49,821 nucleotides of DNA, filler included, from Catajapyx aquilonaris (GCA_000934665.2; 3 parts of 3 records of this genome joined end to end with filler, not necessarily neighbours in it), one strand, 5' to 3'. Counted from the first letter of the whole stretch, positions 22,401-34,574 are shown. Made by a program: numbers and translations. The notes: generated by a model not told the origin, from the letters alone.

Positions 22401-25400
22401 AGAAACCCCGTTACATGGTCGGAAAACACTATAGTTTCGCCAGCAGAATTTTTCAAAGTTGCCGTTACATATATTATGTAACGCCTGTCCTATTAGGATT
22501 AAAGATACTTTCTAGTTTGCATACCATATGGGTAGGAGTTTTTGAGACATTATGTAACATTGTTACTGAATGTCTCCAAAACAATCAATAAATTGAGTCA
22601 AAACATGGTTCAAGAGCATTTCATCTGTGCCACAGTGCCCTTGTTGTGTCTGATGGTATCACACACTCCTATTACCTCCCTGTGAGCAGTTGAGTAGTTA
22701 CCAAATGTCCCTAGGTTTACTGCCAGAATTAAGCCGCAGTGAAAAAAGAGATGGTCATTTTTCGCAGGAGCTTTGCTGTAATATTGTCATCAGGTAAAAA
22801 CAATACTTTTTGAGCTGCTAATAAACCTTGGAAGATTTTTGTGCTTCTGCTAAATCTATACTAGATCGTGCCAGTTCTGAAATTGGCAAATTTCCCAACA
22901 TTCAACTTGTATTTGTGGCTGATGCAATCACAGAAATATGATATATCTGCATTCTCCCACTAGAGATTCAGCTCCCTTAATCGGTGATTTATAATCGTAA
23001 TTGCGAGAAATAAATTTTTCCTGCCCGTCCTATACAGGAAAACTCGTGCTCAATAGCCAGGTAGACTGATAGTACTCGCAAAACTAATATAGGGATGTGC
23101 ATATTAGTTCTGGGTGCTGGTGCGTAGTTAATGCGCATGACGCCTTTAAAGTGTAAAGGGCCAGGTGGTAAAATATGAGGCAAAAACGACAAAGTGCATG
23201 GGTGTCGCACCGGGATTCTTACTCTGAAGGGATTTGATCACCTATTACACATGGACGACGCGTTAGGGGACCAAGGCAGATTATTCGAAGGCCCTTGAGC
23301 GGGCTTTTGCTTCTTTGAAACTGGAGGAGTGGATGTGACGTCACGAAACTGTAAAGGCGCCGTACGCATTAACTACGCTATGGAGCCCAAAACTAATTGC
23401 ACATCCCTATATTAGTTTTGCGCGTATTATCAGTTTACCTGGCGATTGGGCGCGAGTTTCCCTTCACCATGTATACTGCATAGGAAGCTAGGAACAAATG
23501 GGTTAATGCCACTCTTCCAATGATGATGTTTTTTTTTGTTTTCTGTTGGTAAACAATGCCCTTAAGGGGATGAAATTATGCTCAGTATTATGATCACCCA
23601 TGAGTAGCTTTGTACTATTCATGCAGAATTAAAACTATAAGCACATACTGAAGTACAGCACCATTAGGAATTTCAAATTAGAAGCAACTGTAAATTTCTA
23701 CTTTGCAAGAGCAAATCAATAAGTATATTATTTATTGTTTCAAAAGTAAGTATTTTTACTCTTATATTTTGAAACAAAATAATGATCCCCAAAAATTAAC
23801 ATAGCCACACGATGGAAGATATCTTTAGGAACTACTGGACACAAATACTATGTTGATCCAAGCATTTTGAACAGTGGGACCAGATTTTGTAATCCTATGC
23901 CAAGCACTTTTGCTGCCAAACCTATTACTTCGCCTCTTCCACACTCCTAGGCTCTCAGCTTCCAAATATTTTTTGGCCAGGTGGAGAAGGAAGTGCCAAT
24001 CACTCACAAGGGAATGACCAAGGGTGGTCACCTTCGATTTGGCTGAAACTTGCATGAGGGGTCAATCATGTGCCATAAACACAGTGGTTAAAGTCCTAAG
24101 TGACCGTTTTCAGCAGTTTCCGAGATATGATCAACAGAAACATCCGAATATTGGCCTGGAGTACAGGGGTATAAGGGCCTTGCCGAGCCTTGCACTTGTC
24201 TCTTCCCCGCCCGACCCAAGTATACAGACTGGGGGTTAACCCCTCACAACTCAAAATCAATCCCAACTTTGCATTCAAAAATCCATTATGTATAAAGGCC
24301 TCAGAATTCCTGAATTCTCTCACCTGGAAGAAGATGTGATCAGGACAGCACTTCCTAAGTAAATTGACAGTCTTTCCACAGAGCAGAAGTGATGTCTCCA
24401 TTCCTGCCAAAAAGCAGGGTAATGGTGCTGCTGGATCCAGCACAAACCCCCCAGTCCACATGGAACGTCCTAGAGTATGGCTCTTATCAGTAGCTTGCAC
24501 AATAAACTCCACATGTAAATCCATGGTGCGGCCTTCAAACATCCACCGCTCCAGAAAGAGAAAATATGGCTTGAAGCAAGCCAGCAACAAAGATGTAGTC
24601 AGTCTAGAGAGGGAGCACCCAAGGGCTCTCTTGGTGTACTGGCAGATTCCATCCAGCATGGTGACCCCTACCCTCTCCACCTCCTGCATCCCCTGAGAGC
24701 TCTTATTCCACATGTGATCAGATTGGATGAGCATCTGTACAGCAGCCAAGCGAACATGAAGGGACTCACATAACCTGCAACATATGGGGAATCAGGTCAT
24801 AGCTTGTTCAGTGCAGGGGAGCACAAATGTTAACAAAACAAATCTGCCTGGATTGTGCTTGTTATTAATTGTTGATAAAAACCAACTAAAGGTGTGTTTA
24901 CATGTGAGCAATTTGACGAGCGAAATCGTTGCCGAGGCTGAAATTAACAATCAATATTCGCCTCAAACAATATTAGTTACTTGGGTTACTCGGCCTCGGC
25001 GAAGACTTCGCTCTTAAAATTGTTCACATCTAAATGCACCTTAATAATAGTCATAAGCACAATCTATCTGAATTTGTTTTTTGAGTTTGATGCTCCTTGT
25101 CCTTAATAAATAGTTGAAAGTTACATTATTTTAGTTTAAATGCAAGTGACGAAGAGTGAAACCTTCAGGATATAATGTTGAGTGATACAGATCCCATGCA
25201 ATTAGCAGTCAAAAACCTTAAGATTACAATTCAAATACATTCCCTCTTCTAAGATTTGAACTTCAATTCCTGGAGTTGGAGACAATAATGGGACAGTACC
25301 ACCCCTTATGATCCCCCACTTGAAACACCCTTCAACAACTTCTCCTATAATAATGGATACCCCGTGACAGGCCTCCTTGGGCCTCTTATAGGGATCATCT

Positions 25401-28400
25401 TTTCGTGAACCATCTTTAATCATTGCCTGCGATGTGATGGATTTTGATTGTGGGAGGAAACGGGAGAACCCTGAGGAAACCCACATGAACACAGAGAGAA
25501 CCCATCGAAACTCTATCCACATAAGTATCCTCCGTCCGACCCAGGGATCGAACTCAGGACCTCAGAGGTGGAAGGCTGTGGCGATAATCACTACACCACT
25601 GTGTCGCCCAAGACTTCTCCTATAATACTAATCAGCAGGACCTCTTAAAAATACTCCGCAGGGAAGTGGCAGGCAAAAAAAATTGTATCGAGTTAATTTC
25701 AGGGTCAGAAATGTTTACGAGGTTTGGGGAAAGCCCTCCATGCTGAAATTGGAATGTCAAGGGGAACAGCTTTTTGTCTGCAGTTTTTCCATGAGGAGCA
25801 AAAAAAAAGCTGACATTGGCTCAATTTCTGGCCATAATTATTTTAACTAGATCATTAAAATTTCATTTTTTTTTCTACTGGTACAAAAGTGAAGCCACAC
25901 AGTAATTATATGTTGATAAACTCTAGAGTTTCAGCAACATAATTTTTTTTCCTCTGCTACATTTGTGGCACCCATTATATTAGCATGAGCCTGACCAACA
26001 TGCCATACCTCAACAACGCAAACAGAGATGTGGGGTGAGACTGGGAGGTCATGAGCACAGCAGCTCTGTGTAGTTGCAGCTGGTCCCTGAGCTTTGACTT
26101 AAGAGCACTATCAAGAAAGCTTCTAGTAGATCGCCTCAATTTTCTTGCAGCTGCTGCCCCACACACTCCCCACAGCCCCTCTGCCTCATTGCAAATCTCG
26201 GATAATCTTCGGAAGGTGGTCCCACATTTCATCAGTGGTCTACATACTTCCAGGGTTCCTTTTGGGCTCAAATCCTGCATACGAATGCCTTGGAAAATCT
26301 CAAAGGCAAATATATCCTGTAGAAAAAATTATACGAGTAAAAAAAATCAGTTCATTTTGACACTTCCACTACAAAGTACCGCAAAAGGGACCATCCATAA
26401 TGTACATCATCATCATGTAATCTCATCACCAAGATTATAGGCCTTTTTTTTAGACCTCATCAGTCCATTCAAAAATTACGTCAGTATGGATATTTCTACT
26501 TTTCGTTTTTCCCTATAAATGAATAACACTACACATAGCCACTTCAAGAGTTGCATGACCTAATCTACAGTACATAAGGTCATAGGCAATTCCGCGGAAA
26601 AGCGGACATGAGATGGGATTTTTCAATCTCGAAGCAAGTGGAATGTAAGCACATAAAAAGCAAGAATGGACTCCATTGTTTCATTTGCCATATTACTTTC
26701 TGACACTTTCATCCCCAGTGGCCCAGAATTCTTTGTGTTTCAAAGTGCGCCCTTTCCGGTTTCTGCGCGTGTAACGTGCATTCCGATCGTATCACGGTAG
26801 TGGACTTATGAATGAAGAAGGACATTAGTGTTTTATATCATGTCAAAAACAAGGAAATGACCTTATGATCGACCTGTATCACTTTCCCATTTGTGTGACT
26901 GTATAACTTTCTACGGCCATATCAAAATGTGCCACTTTTAAGTTTTGGTGCGTTATGAACTTGTGCAAATAATTCGCTGTGTGCATCTGCTTTTTAAAAT
27001 GGAGCAGTCAAATCTCCGATCCTTCGTTAGTAGAAAATTCCATTTAAGTGCAACACAACTAGCATCTTTACCTATCTGTGGATATTCAAAATTATTAAAA
27101 TTTAATATTGAAGTACCTTCAGGGTTTATGTATTATTACCTCTATTACAAAATGTAAATGAATATCATGTTTATACTTATGTCTCATCCCAAAGCTGTCC
27201 CATGTTATAGCTATTTTACATACAAATATAACAAAATCCAAAACACTTCCAGTCCCAAGCATTTTGGGTCAAGGATTCTCAAACTGTACCAACACTGTTT
27301 TAACCGGCAAAAATTACTAACTCCCTTTAGAGGTTCTAACCAATATGATGCACTTTATGGATTGGCCTTTCATTACATTTAATATACATGATGTTCCTAG
27401 TATATTAGTCTAGCTTTAGTTATATGAAATTCTGCTCAAAGCGTTTTTTGTTTGTGTTTTTTTTTTTTTTTTTTTTTTTTTTTTNTTTTTTTTTTTTTTT
27501 TTTTTTTTTTGTAGCTTGGTGCGCCCCATCAAGGTGCCCTATTATACAGCAACTTCCACATTTGACCACTTGGAAATAATGGAGCACCTGGATCAGGGCA
27601 CAACAAGCTACACAGAAATAACTACTCTGAGTGACATAGTGATAACTAATAATGACACATGAACTGGGAACACCCTGTATATTATATACTGAATTAACAT
27701 TCAATAAAAACAACAACACTAAAACCAATACTTCACCTGGTTCCACAGAAAAGTTTCAGAAGCAACTCCTTGGAGAAGATGCCTGATGTGCTCCAGAAAC
27801 TCAGCCCTTGGGACTGGCTTGGATTCAATTTCCTCGTCACACACATTCCAGTTCCAGAATTGTTGCGAGCTCCACATCTGCATAAGGACTCCATCTCCCC
27901 TTCCCTCAGTGGCAAAGGGTGGTTCAGCTTCAGGCCACTGACAAAACTTCTTATTGAAGGTGGCCCAAGTGCGTCTCTTAGGGACAGTCACTTGAGAGAG
28001 AGTTTCCCAGTCCCAGGAGGGTGGTGATGGAGTGGGAGTCATGTCAGAGAAAGTGGACAAAGATGAGGAAGGAGCTGGGTAGTGATGGGTGAACAAGAGG
28101 GTGGGAAAGCTGGTAGGGCGTTGTGCCTTGCCTCTTTCCCATTGCAGGTGATCTTGCGGACTCAACTGAATTCCAGGACTGCACTCAGGTGACACGTATC
28201 CCTCGTCTTCAAGTGTCTCCTTGAGTGGGAGGAGATGGTGATGGGGTTAAAGAAAAAACACATGGAATCACTGATGTAGCCAAGAACTTAATAAAAATAA
28301 ATTACAGATAATCCCTTACCTCCTTTCTAGTTTCCAACCACCTAGAATCACTGGAAATAGAATATCTGAAATCTTCATCAATCACATAAGGTCGGAGCCA

Positions 28401-31400
28401 CTCTGCACCTAGATTCCTTCCCAAGACGACACCTTCTCCAGGCTTCCTCTCAAACAGATCCAGCAAGGTAGACCCTGCAGTCAGTGGACTGGTTTCTGCG
28501 ATAGTCTCAGGATCCATTTCAAAGGTGCTTGATGGAAAATGGGAGTAGTGGAAGGTAGAGAATGGAGCCAGAAATGCTTGCATTAAGGTAGTTGGGGTGG
28601 TGCAGGGAGAAGACACAGTGGGAGTTGACTGGAACATAGGAGTTACTGTCACCGGGTTATAGCTGTACTGAACCCTGATGCTGCTGCTAAGATGTTCCGA
28701 GTGGCACTGATGGAAAAGGGAAAAGAAAATCGCCATTTTATATTTTCACTAGGAAAACCCTCGCTCCGCTCGCATTTTCCTAGGGCGCAGGCCTAGAAAA
28801 CCTCTCGCTTCGGTCACTCTTTTCTAGGCCTGCGGCCTGGGGTACCTATTCGGCGCACTATATTGCTGGGGGTGCCGGGGAAGGGTGTAACGTTAGCCCT
28901 CCAGCAGTCTTCGAATGACCCTATTAGTGAGAAGTGATAACATGTCTGTCCTGTGTCTGTCGTTCCATAAAGGGAACTGACTCTGTAAACAACTTCACAG
29001 TAGTTCCACCTGGGCAACACTACAGAGAAGGAATGGAGTTTCCCCAGCAACCCAACAGAGGAGTTGTTTACACCACATTGCGCATGATTAGAACGCAGGC
29101 CAATGGGGAGGTGGCGGTAACAATATGTGCCGGACCAATCAGAGGGCTCGGCCAACTCCAGCAAGGATTTTATTATTATAGATTTCCAGAAATTTTTGAA
29201 CAGAGTAACCACAGCATATAATATTGCTCTGCAAATGAAATGAAAAAGAAAACAAGTTGGAATGCAACGCAAGTTGAATTAAAGTTAATTACTTCAAAAC
29301 CAACTGTCATAATCATGTGACACCTCCCCAATGCAAACGTGGAAGCACCCACCTCATACCACATACCTAGAAAAAATAGTCATATTTTACATTCTTTACT
29401 TGCTGTTGCCATTTACCTTCTTTACTTGCTGTTGCCAATGTACTTTTTGTTACTATGTGCGGTTTTTTGCTGCTGACTGTCCTCGACAATTTTTTTTGTT
29501 TTCAAGCAGTTCAAGTTTGACTTACAACCTAAGTGTGAGGGATGGTCCTTGTTCCATTTAGACACACGTTCCTTAATGTGAGTATATTTTCATTATTGCA
29601 AAGAAGGGATTACTTAGCTTTTCAGCCACTACTTATTACGCAATTGCCTTCATTCAGTTATCAAACTACGAGGGCTGATCAAAAAAGACTGGGACTGATT
29701 TTTTAAGCGATAAAGAGAAGTAGTTCAGGACTTGCGGTGAATGACATTGTGTCCAGAATGGATTGAAGTATTAGAACACCAATTCTTGTTACAATATTCC
29801 AAAATCCCAGGTGATGGTGACACCGGAAGTATAGGCATAGGTCCACATTCACCCCCGCTCTACAAGGAGGTCGGCAGTGAGGACAAAAATTCAGCTTTGA
29901 GGTTTTGCTTCCATTTGAATAAAACAGCCACAGAGGTGTATGACCTGCTAATATTGTTAACAGCAGGTACTGGTCATCACGTGAGGCCACAAGAAGTTGC
30001 AACTCTTCGCAATACTCCACCTGCATCTGCCTCTCCTCTGGAGTCAACAGCCTGTGGCCCCATCATATCGGATGGAAATGCATCACATGTGCAACTGGTC
30101 AATGCAAAATCGTGTGGGCACTACCACTGAAGGTACAAATCATTCTGACAAGGTCATCAACGGTTATGAAGTGATATTTCCTGACACTCACCATATAGGT
30201 AGTGTTAATCATCTCCTCTGTAAAAACTCTGATGGGAGTCCACAAACCTGTCTCATTGAAAGCAGACTACAGACCCTTGCTGAATGCTTTATACCATCGG
30301 AATGCTGTGTGACACATCGAACCATATCTTAGCTTGTCATACGCCTCCTTTGCTGCTGTCTGCAAATGGCAGCAAAACCACCGACCTCCTGGCAGCGGAT
30401 GCAAATGTGACCTAGGCCTACTTCCGGTGTCACCATCGCCTGGGATCGAGGAATATTTGAACAAGAATTGGTGTTCTAATACTTCAATCCATTTTGGACA
30501 CGACGCCATTCACTGCAAGTCATTAACTAATTCTCTTTATTACATAAGAAAATCAGTCCCAGTCTTTTTTGATCAGCCCTCGTAAATGAGGAAAGCAATA
30601 ATTACCTACTAGCAGATGTTTTTCAATGCTCAATAACGTACCTTCTTGGTGACTGGCACACTCCCTGCAAGATGGAGGATGAGCCACAGCATAGACCAAA
30701 GGAGTTCATTTTCTTCCCCTTTCTCTTCTTCCTCATTCAGCATAGTTTCCAACGCTTCCCGGCACACCTTTAGTCTCTCAGCTCTTCCCTCACCTTCTTT
30801 TTGCCTCAAGGAAAACTCAGTTGCCAGTAAAACTTCGAGTGGGTGAGCAAATGGAGCTTTCTCTGTGTAAGAAATTATTATGATACCACATGTCCAGTTG
30901 CATTTACCAGTGTGTTGATTGTTTCTAGCCAACAGCATAACAAAGTAATAAGTGCATTTTTGACATTTTTATATTAACTCTCTTGGTACAGTTCATTTTT
31001 TTAAATGGCAAGGCAGCTCTCACCTTATCAAAATTCTACCCACTAGACATTTAGGCCACTTATTGCACTGTTGTTGAGTTTTATGTATAATGGATGGCTT
31101 TCAGAGTTTGCAGTAGATGGGAGCTGCCTTTTGAAGAAAAATATACTATACAATACCTTTGTGATACTATGACAAAATGCAGCCTTCTTAATAAAAAAAC
31201 TCTGGAGATTAAAATTAGTGGTGTACATGCAGAACCATTGTGAGGGGCTTTCTCAGAAAAATGTTTCCAATATTGTGCTTTGACTTTTTCATGTAAATTA
31301 CTTATAGAACCATAATTTATAACAAAACAACTACCCTTGCCCTGAAAGGTGATGCGACTATAGCCTAAACCACACACGATTGTGGCACTCCTTACTGAAC

Positions 31401-33298
31401 AGCAATTGCTTAATTCACTCTTACTAAAAACTGTCATAGTTGTATCTGAAAAAGCAGCACCCACGCTGCAAAAGTTTCAAAAACAATGCTTTTGAAAAAG
31501 TAATCCAAAATTGGACTCCCAAATACTACTTATTTGGGGAAAAATTAAAAGAAACACAGGCTATGCAATGGAATGATCTATTGAAAGACAATTATAAATA
31601 AGATAATTTAACCCCTTCCCTACCAGATCTAGGCTTTGCAATTCGTTTCTGTTCAACTTGTACGTACTCTGAAGATACAGACGACATATTTTAGCCCATG
31701 TAATAATATTATGTGAAAAGTGGGGGTCTGACTTTGAAACACACAGGAGTCCGACTCAGGGTAAGGGAATTGTTTTGAAAACATAGCATTGTTTATTATT
31801 ATACCAGTAAGAAACAGCTAAAATCAACATAAATTGTTACTTCAACTCTATTTCTAGAAATGAGTAGTGAGATATGAAGTCCGACCAATTTTTAAGTCAA
31901 GCTATGCCAAAGAGAAGAAACAATTTCACAGATCCCCATAATAGAAATCAATGCACCACTCACAATTGCAAAATGCTACGTAATGGCGATTCCACTATTT
32001 CATGCCATCTTTTTAATTTAGTTTTCCCACTCATCACTAGTCTGCACCACTTCCTTGACAAGATAAGTTAGGTGTCTAACTTTGGTGGACTTCCCCTAAT
32101 ATTATCCTCACTCGTCCTGGGTGCAGAAGATTAAAATAAAAAGCTCTTGGGCTCCTAGGTGCATTTGCACTCCTTACACAGAGATGTTACGTCAGTTAGG
32201 GCACCACTGCCTTTATGGCTTATGCCTACAACATTTAAAATCTTAAAGGTGTGTTCCCAAGCTCTCAAGAAACAGTCAGCCAGCCCCCTGGAACTCCCAG
32301 CTTAGCCTTATGGTGACGGTAGAGTCTCCGTCAGCCAGGATTTGGCGCTGGCGGCACTCTAGAAGGTCCCCAGACTCACTCGGGCGGATGCCTGGTCGCC
32401 TTCTGAACTGTTCTGAACCAATCCAAACCAAAACCAAACCACTGCAGAGCCCTCTCGGGATGGGTAGGAAACCTAAACAAGGCTCAAGGCCCTAGGTTTT
32501 TTTTCTGACACACCACACAGCATTGCAGCCCTCAGCCCCCATCCACAGATTTGCCCGCCATCCTCACCTGCCTGGGGACTCACTGAGCGCCTGCAACGCC
32601 AAATCCGCTGTGGTGAAGACTCTCTATGTACAATATCATATCAGAGGAGTTGAAGGGGGCTGGTCTTAGCATAAGCATAAGTGACAAACTGAAGGCAATT
32701 CCGCAACCCCATTGGTCCACGGAGTTGTGTGTGGATTCAACAGATGAATGGGCTTCATTAATGATTTTGGTACGACAGATTCTCCCAAGCTTGGGAGCAC
32801 ACCTTCAGGAGATGTCACATGTCCTTAGCTCCAGGAGAGTTACACATCTCAAGTGCTAACCTTTTTTCCTGTGAGCCAGAAGTATCTCGAAAGCCCTAGT
32901 CCAGGCAGCCTTCCCCGTTCGCTTATGTCCAGGTTTCCTTGAAACAAAACCACTGCCAATCTTCTCTGAGAGTCGTCTCAGTTCTCTCAGCATGTTTCCC
33001 GATGGCATTAGTTCTTCCGCGGTTGGTCTTATCACCGTGAATGTCTTGCGTTCTGTCAGTAATAAATTGAACCCAAATTAACAACGCACATTACAACTAA
33101 AATAGTAACATCCTTACTTTTCGTCTGCCATAGCAGGGGGTATATTAACGGTCGCATCTCGACTTCTGGCCACAGATCTTTGGGAATGAACTCGGATGGA
33201 CATTCTGACATCGTCTCATCCGGTATGGGCATCACTCTCGGACTGAGTTTCACAACTTCCGACCTGGGGGACCTGGGATTCATCTCGCTGGGCTTCAT
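18938..33298 (-). CDS. TUBGCP6: Gamma-tubulin complex component 6 (GCP6), 5' 11 exons, C-terminal GRIP2 region missing
   Basis: Exons 33298-33118, 33052-32861, 30862-30642, 28706-28320, 28219-27737, 26316-26009, 24774-24324, 21345-21117, 21006-20814, 19744-19570 and 19265-18938 join in phase (1049 codons). GRIP1-type segments (HLLQGVASETF; PYFLFLERWMFEG...EFIV; PCFL...LLLCGKTVNLLRKC) are followed by the E/K/R-rich coiled coil and acidic insert typical of GCP6. Confidence 0.85.
19408..19472. repeat. (ATT)n microsatellite
   Basis: ~21 perfect units. Confidence 0.97.
19570..19744 (-). CDS. TUBGCP6: GCP6 exon 10
   Basis: IKSIQYYSELLDEINRREEEAHKR..., ttgcag/gtaagc. Too short for the ORF track but phase-consistent. 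Confidence 0.83.
19853..20540 (-). mobile_element. Helitron 3' fragment with PIF1-like helicase pseudogene
   Basis: LLRNLN/GLCNG, LPFQFK..QF, FAMTINKLQGQTL..VGIYL...VFGHGQLFVAFS. 3' end has a decayed hairpin gcccattacaatgacc then CTAG|T. Confidence 0.85.
20814..21006 (-). CDS. TUBGCP6: GCP6 exon 9 (coiled coil)
   Basis: KRKQALMADLMAQVEDVRQRKKEEKE..., ttgcag/gtctgc, phase 1/2. Confidence 0.83.
21117..21345 (-). CDS. TUBGCP6: GCP6 exon 8
   Basis: ttgcag/gtaagc, phase 0/1. Confidence 0.83.
23037..23462. mobile_element. Degenerate foldback MITE, ~115-bp arms
   Basis: gcaaaactaatatagggatgtgca...cgtagttaatgcg is mirrored at 23348-23462. Confidence 0.7.
24324..24774 (-). CDS. TUBGCP6: GCP6 exon 7 (GRIP1 core)
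   Basis: PYFLFLERWMFEG, PCFL...CGKTVNLLRKC, ttgcag/gtgaga. Confidence 0.9.
24841..25076. repeat. Degenerate palindromic element (gccgaggc core)
   Basis: gattgtgctt...ggtgtgtttacatgtgagcaattt...gccgaggctga is mirrored at 24989-25076. Confidence 0.65.
25353..25612 (-). mobile_element. tRNA-derived SINE, family C, with V-SINE-like central domain
   Basis: A/B boxes (gagttcgatccc), gtgggtttcctcagggttctcccgtttcctcccaca core, 15-bp TSD acttctcctataata. Confidence 0.85.
26009..26316 (-). CDS. TUBGCP6: GCP6 exon 6
   Basis: DIFAFEIFQGIRMQDLSP...CGTTFRRL, ctacag/gtatgg. Confidence 0.87.
27070..27286 (-). mobile_element. Tigger4/MER46-like MITE fragment
   Basis: Reverse strand reads cagtttgagaatccttgacccaaaatgcttgggactggaagtgttttggatttt, homologous to the 6090 element. 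Confidence 0.7.
27737..28219 (-). CDS. TUBGCP6: GCP6 exon 5
   Basis: ETLEDEGYVSP...RRTW...PFATE...HLLQGVASETFLWNQ. AAG acceptor inferred from an upstream in-frame stop; gtgaag donor. Confidence 0.82.
28320..28706 (-). CDS. TUBGCP6: GCP6 exon 4
   Basis: 129 open codons, catcag/gtaagg, phase 0/0. Confidence 0.8.
29669..30582. mobile_element. Mariner-derived foldback with two inverted 5' ends
   Basis: TIR cgagggctgatcaaaaaagactgggactgattt, TA TSD. Both arms reach the HTH start (FCFHLNKTATEVYDLL / FCCHLQTAAKEAYDKL). The right arm continues to FRWYKAF and LTPEERQMQVEYCEEL. Confidence 0.87.
30642..30862 (-). CDS. TUBGCP6: GCP6 exon 3
   Basis: HPLEVLLATEFSLRQ...SMLWLILHLAGS, cacag/gtacgt. Confidence 0.82.
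31608..31770. mobile_element. TTAA|CCC-terminated (piggyBac-like) repeat fragment
   Basis: ttaacccctt..cagatctagg..attcg.ttctgttcaactt..tactctgaagata shared with ~34668-34752. Confidence 0.55.
32861..33052 (-). CDS. TUBGCP6: GCP6 exon 2 (...LRELRRLSEKI...RAFEILL...)
   Basis: gacag acceptor, gttagc donor, open frame, phase 1/1. Confidence 0.78.
33118..33298 (-). CDS. TUBGCP6: GCP6 putative first coding exon (MKPSEMNPRSPRS...)
   Basis: ATG at 33298, gtaagg donor, phase 1 matches next exon. Confidence 0.65.
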
Positions 33299-33542
33299 CG
33301 TGTTTCTCTCCCACCAAATCTCAACCTCCCACTGACAGCTAGCTCTTCGACCATGGAACCTGTACGTTATTCAATCAATCGTTATATCGCCATTCGTGAC
33401 AAGGTTGCCAGCCGGAAAGGCAACTGCTCTGCGCCAACATAACGCACTGCTGTTTCGCCACGATATTCACTTTAATATCTAACGATTACCTTTTAAATGT
33501 ATTTATTTTTACCTTCACAATTAATAAGTATATTTACAGATA

Positions 33543-33642
33543 NNNNNNNNNNNNNNNNNNNNNNNNNNNNNNNNNNNNNNNNNNNNTTAATTAATTAANN
33601 NNNNNNNNNNNNNNNNNNNNNNNNNNNNNNNNNNNNNNNNNN
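33543..33642. other. Assembly gap spacer (N44-TTAATTAATTAA-N44)
   Basis: Same construction as 16179-16278. Confidence 0.95.
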
Positions 33643-33675
33643 CACTCTCCACATGACGATGTCCGAACACGACCA

Positions 33676-33688
33676 GTTGCCAGGTAAC
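33676..33688. promoter_or_regulatory. RFX X-box consensus match GTTGCCAGGTAAC
   Basis: Fits GTNRCC(N0-3)RGYAAC. Upstream of GCP6 but across a gap. Confidence 0.3.
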
Positions 33689-34109
33689 GCCAAAGTCGTT
33701 GTTTACACTTGTTATATGCTATTGTGTCCAGCACTGTACAATGGGGGACCACTTTTTTGGAAACATTATTATTCTTCAACTCAATTGCAGTGAATCAGAC
33801 GTAACTCTGGAAATTGCCCATCATCTACTATAACCAGTGAAATGAGAATTAAGATTCCTGCACTTTTCAGTTGCTTGTTTTGGCCATTTGGAATGCAAAA
33901 TAATTGCAAAATGGCAACATTCAAATTTAAATATACCTCATATGAGGGCTATTATTCCATTCTAGCTTTCACTTCTCTTCTTCACACTATCATGGACCTT
34001 TGTGCCGAATATCATTGTTTGCCAGCGTCCTACAATTCCTATCTTTTTGCTTGCCTCCTACCTGCGCTATTCATTTCGTAGGTTCAATGAAACATTTCAC
34101 CGGAAAACC

Positions 34110-34171
34110 GTAGCACTGCACACGTTTAAACGGGTGCATGCATGCACCCGTTTAAAAGTGTGCAGTGCTAC
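34110..34171. repeat. 62-bp spacer-less palindrome
   Basis: gtagcactgcacacgtttaaacgggtgcatg|catgcacccgtttaaaagtgtgcagtgctac, one mismatch. Confidence 0.9.
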
Positions 34172-34241
34172 CGAACGGTGCGGTGCTACGTGTAAACGTT
34201 TACAAACGTGTACATGTTTATTTACATTTATACGTGTTTGT

Positions 34242-34515
34242 AACCGAAGCAGGTTGGCATAGTGGATAAGGCATCCGACTGCTAATCGGGAGGTCCTGGG
34301 ATCAAATCCCGGGGCCGGCAACTCTGACCGTGGTTTTCTGTGGTTTCCCACGGTTCTTCCAGGAAAATTCCAGAGTTGCTTCCGTAATTAATAGGCCACA
34401 GCTGCTTCCTACCGTCCCTATCCTATCCCAAAGAGCACAGTAAAATGAAAAGCAAAGAGATCCAGGCAAAACAAACTTCCCCCCTAAATAGCCGATGGCT
34501 GATAACGGGATATGA

Positions 34516-34564
<49 letters not shown>

Positions 34565-34574
34565 TATTATTATT
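34242..34574 (+). mobile_element. tRNA-derived SINE, family B, long (ATT)n tail
   Basis: Homologous to 8928-9224, 16-bp TSD atttatacgtgtttgt. Confidence 0.9.
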
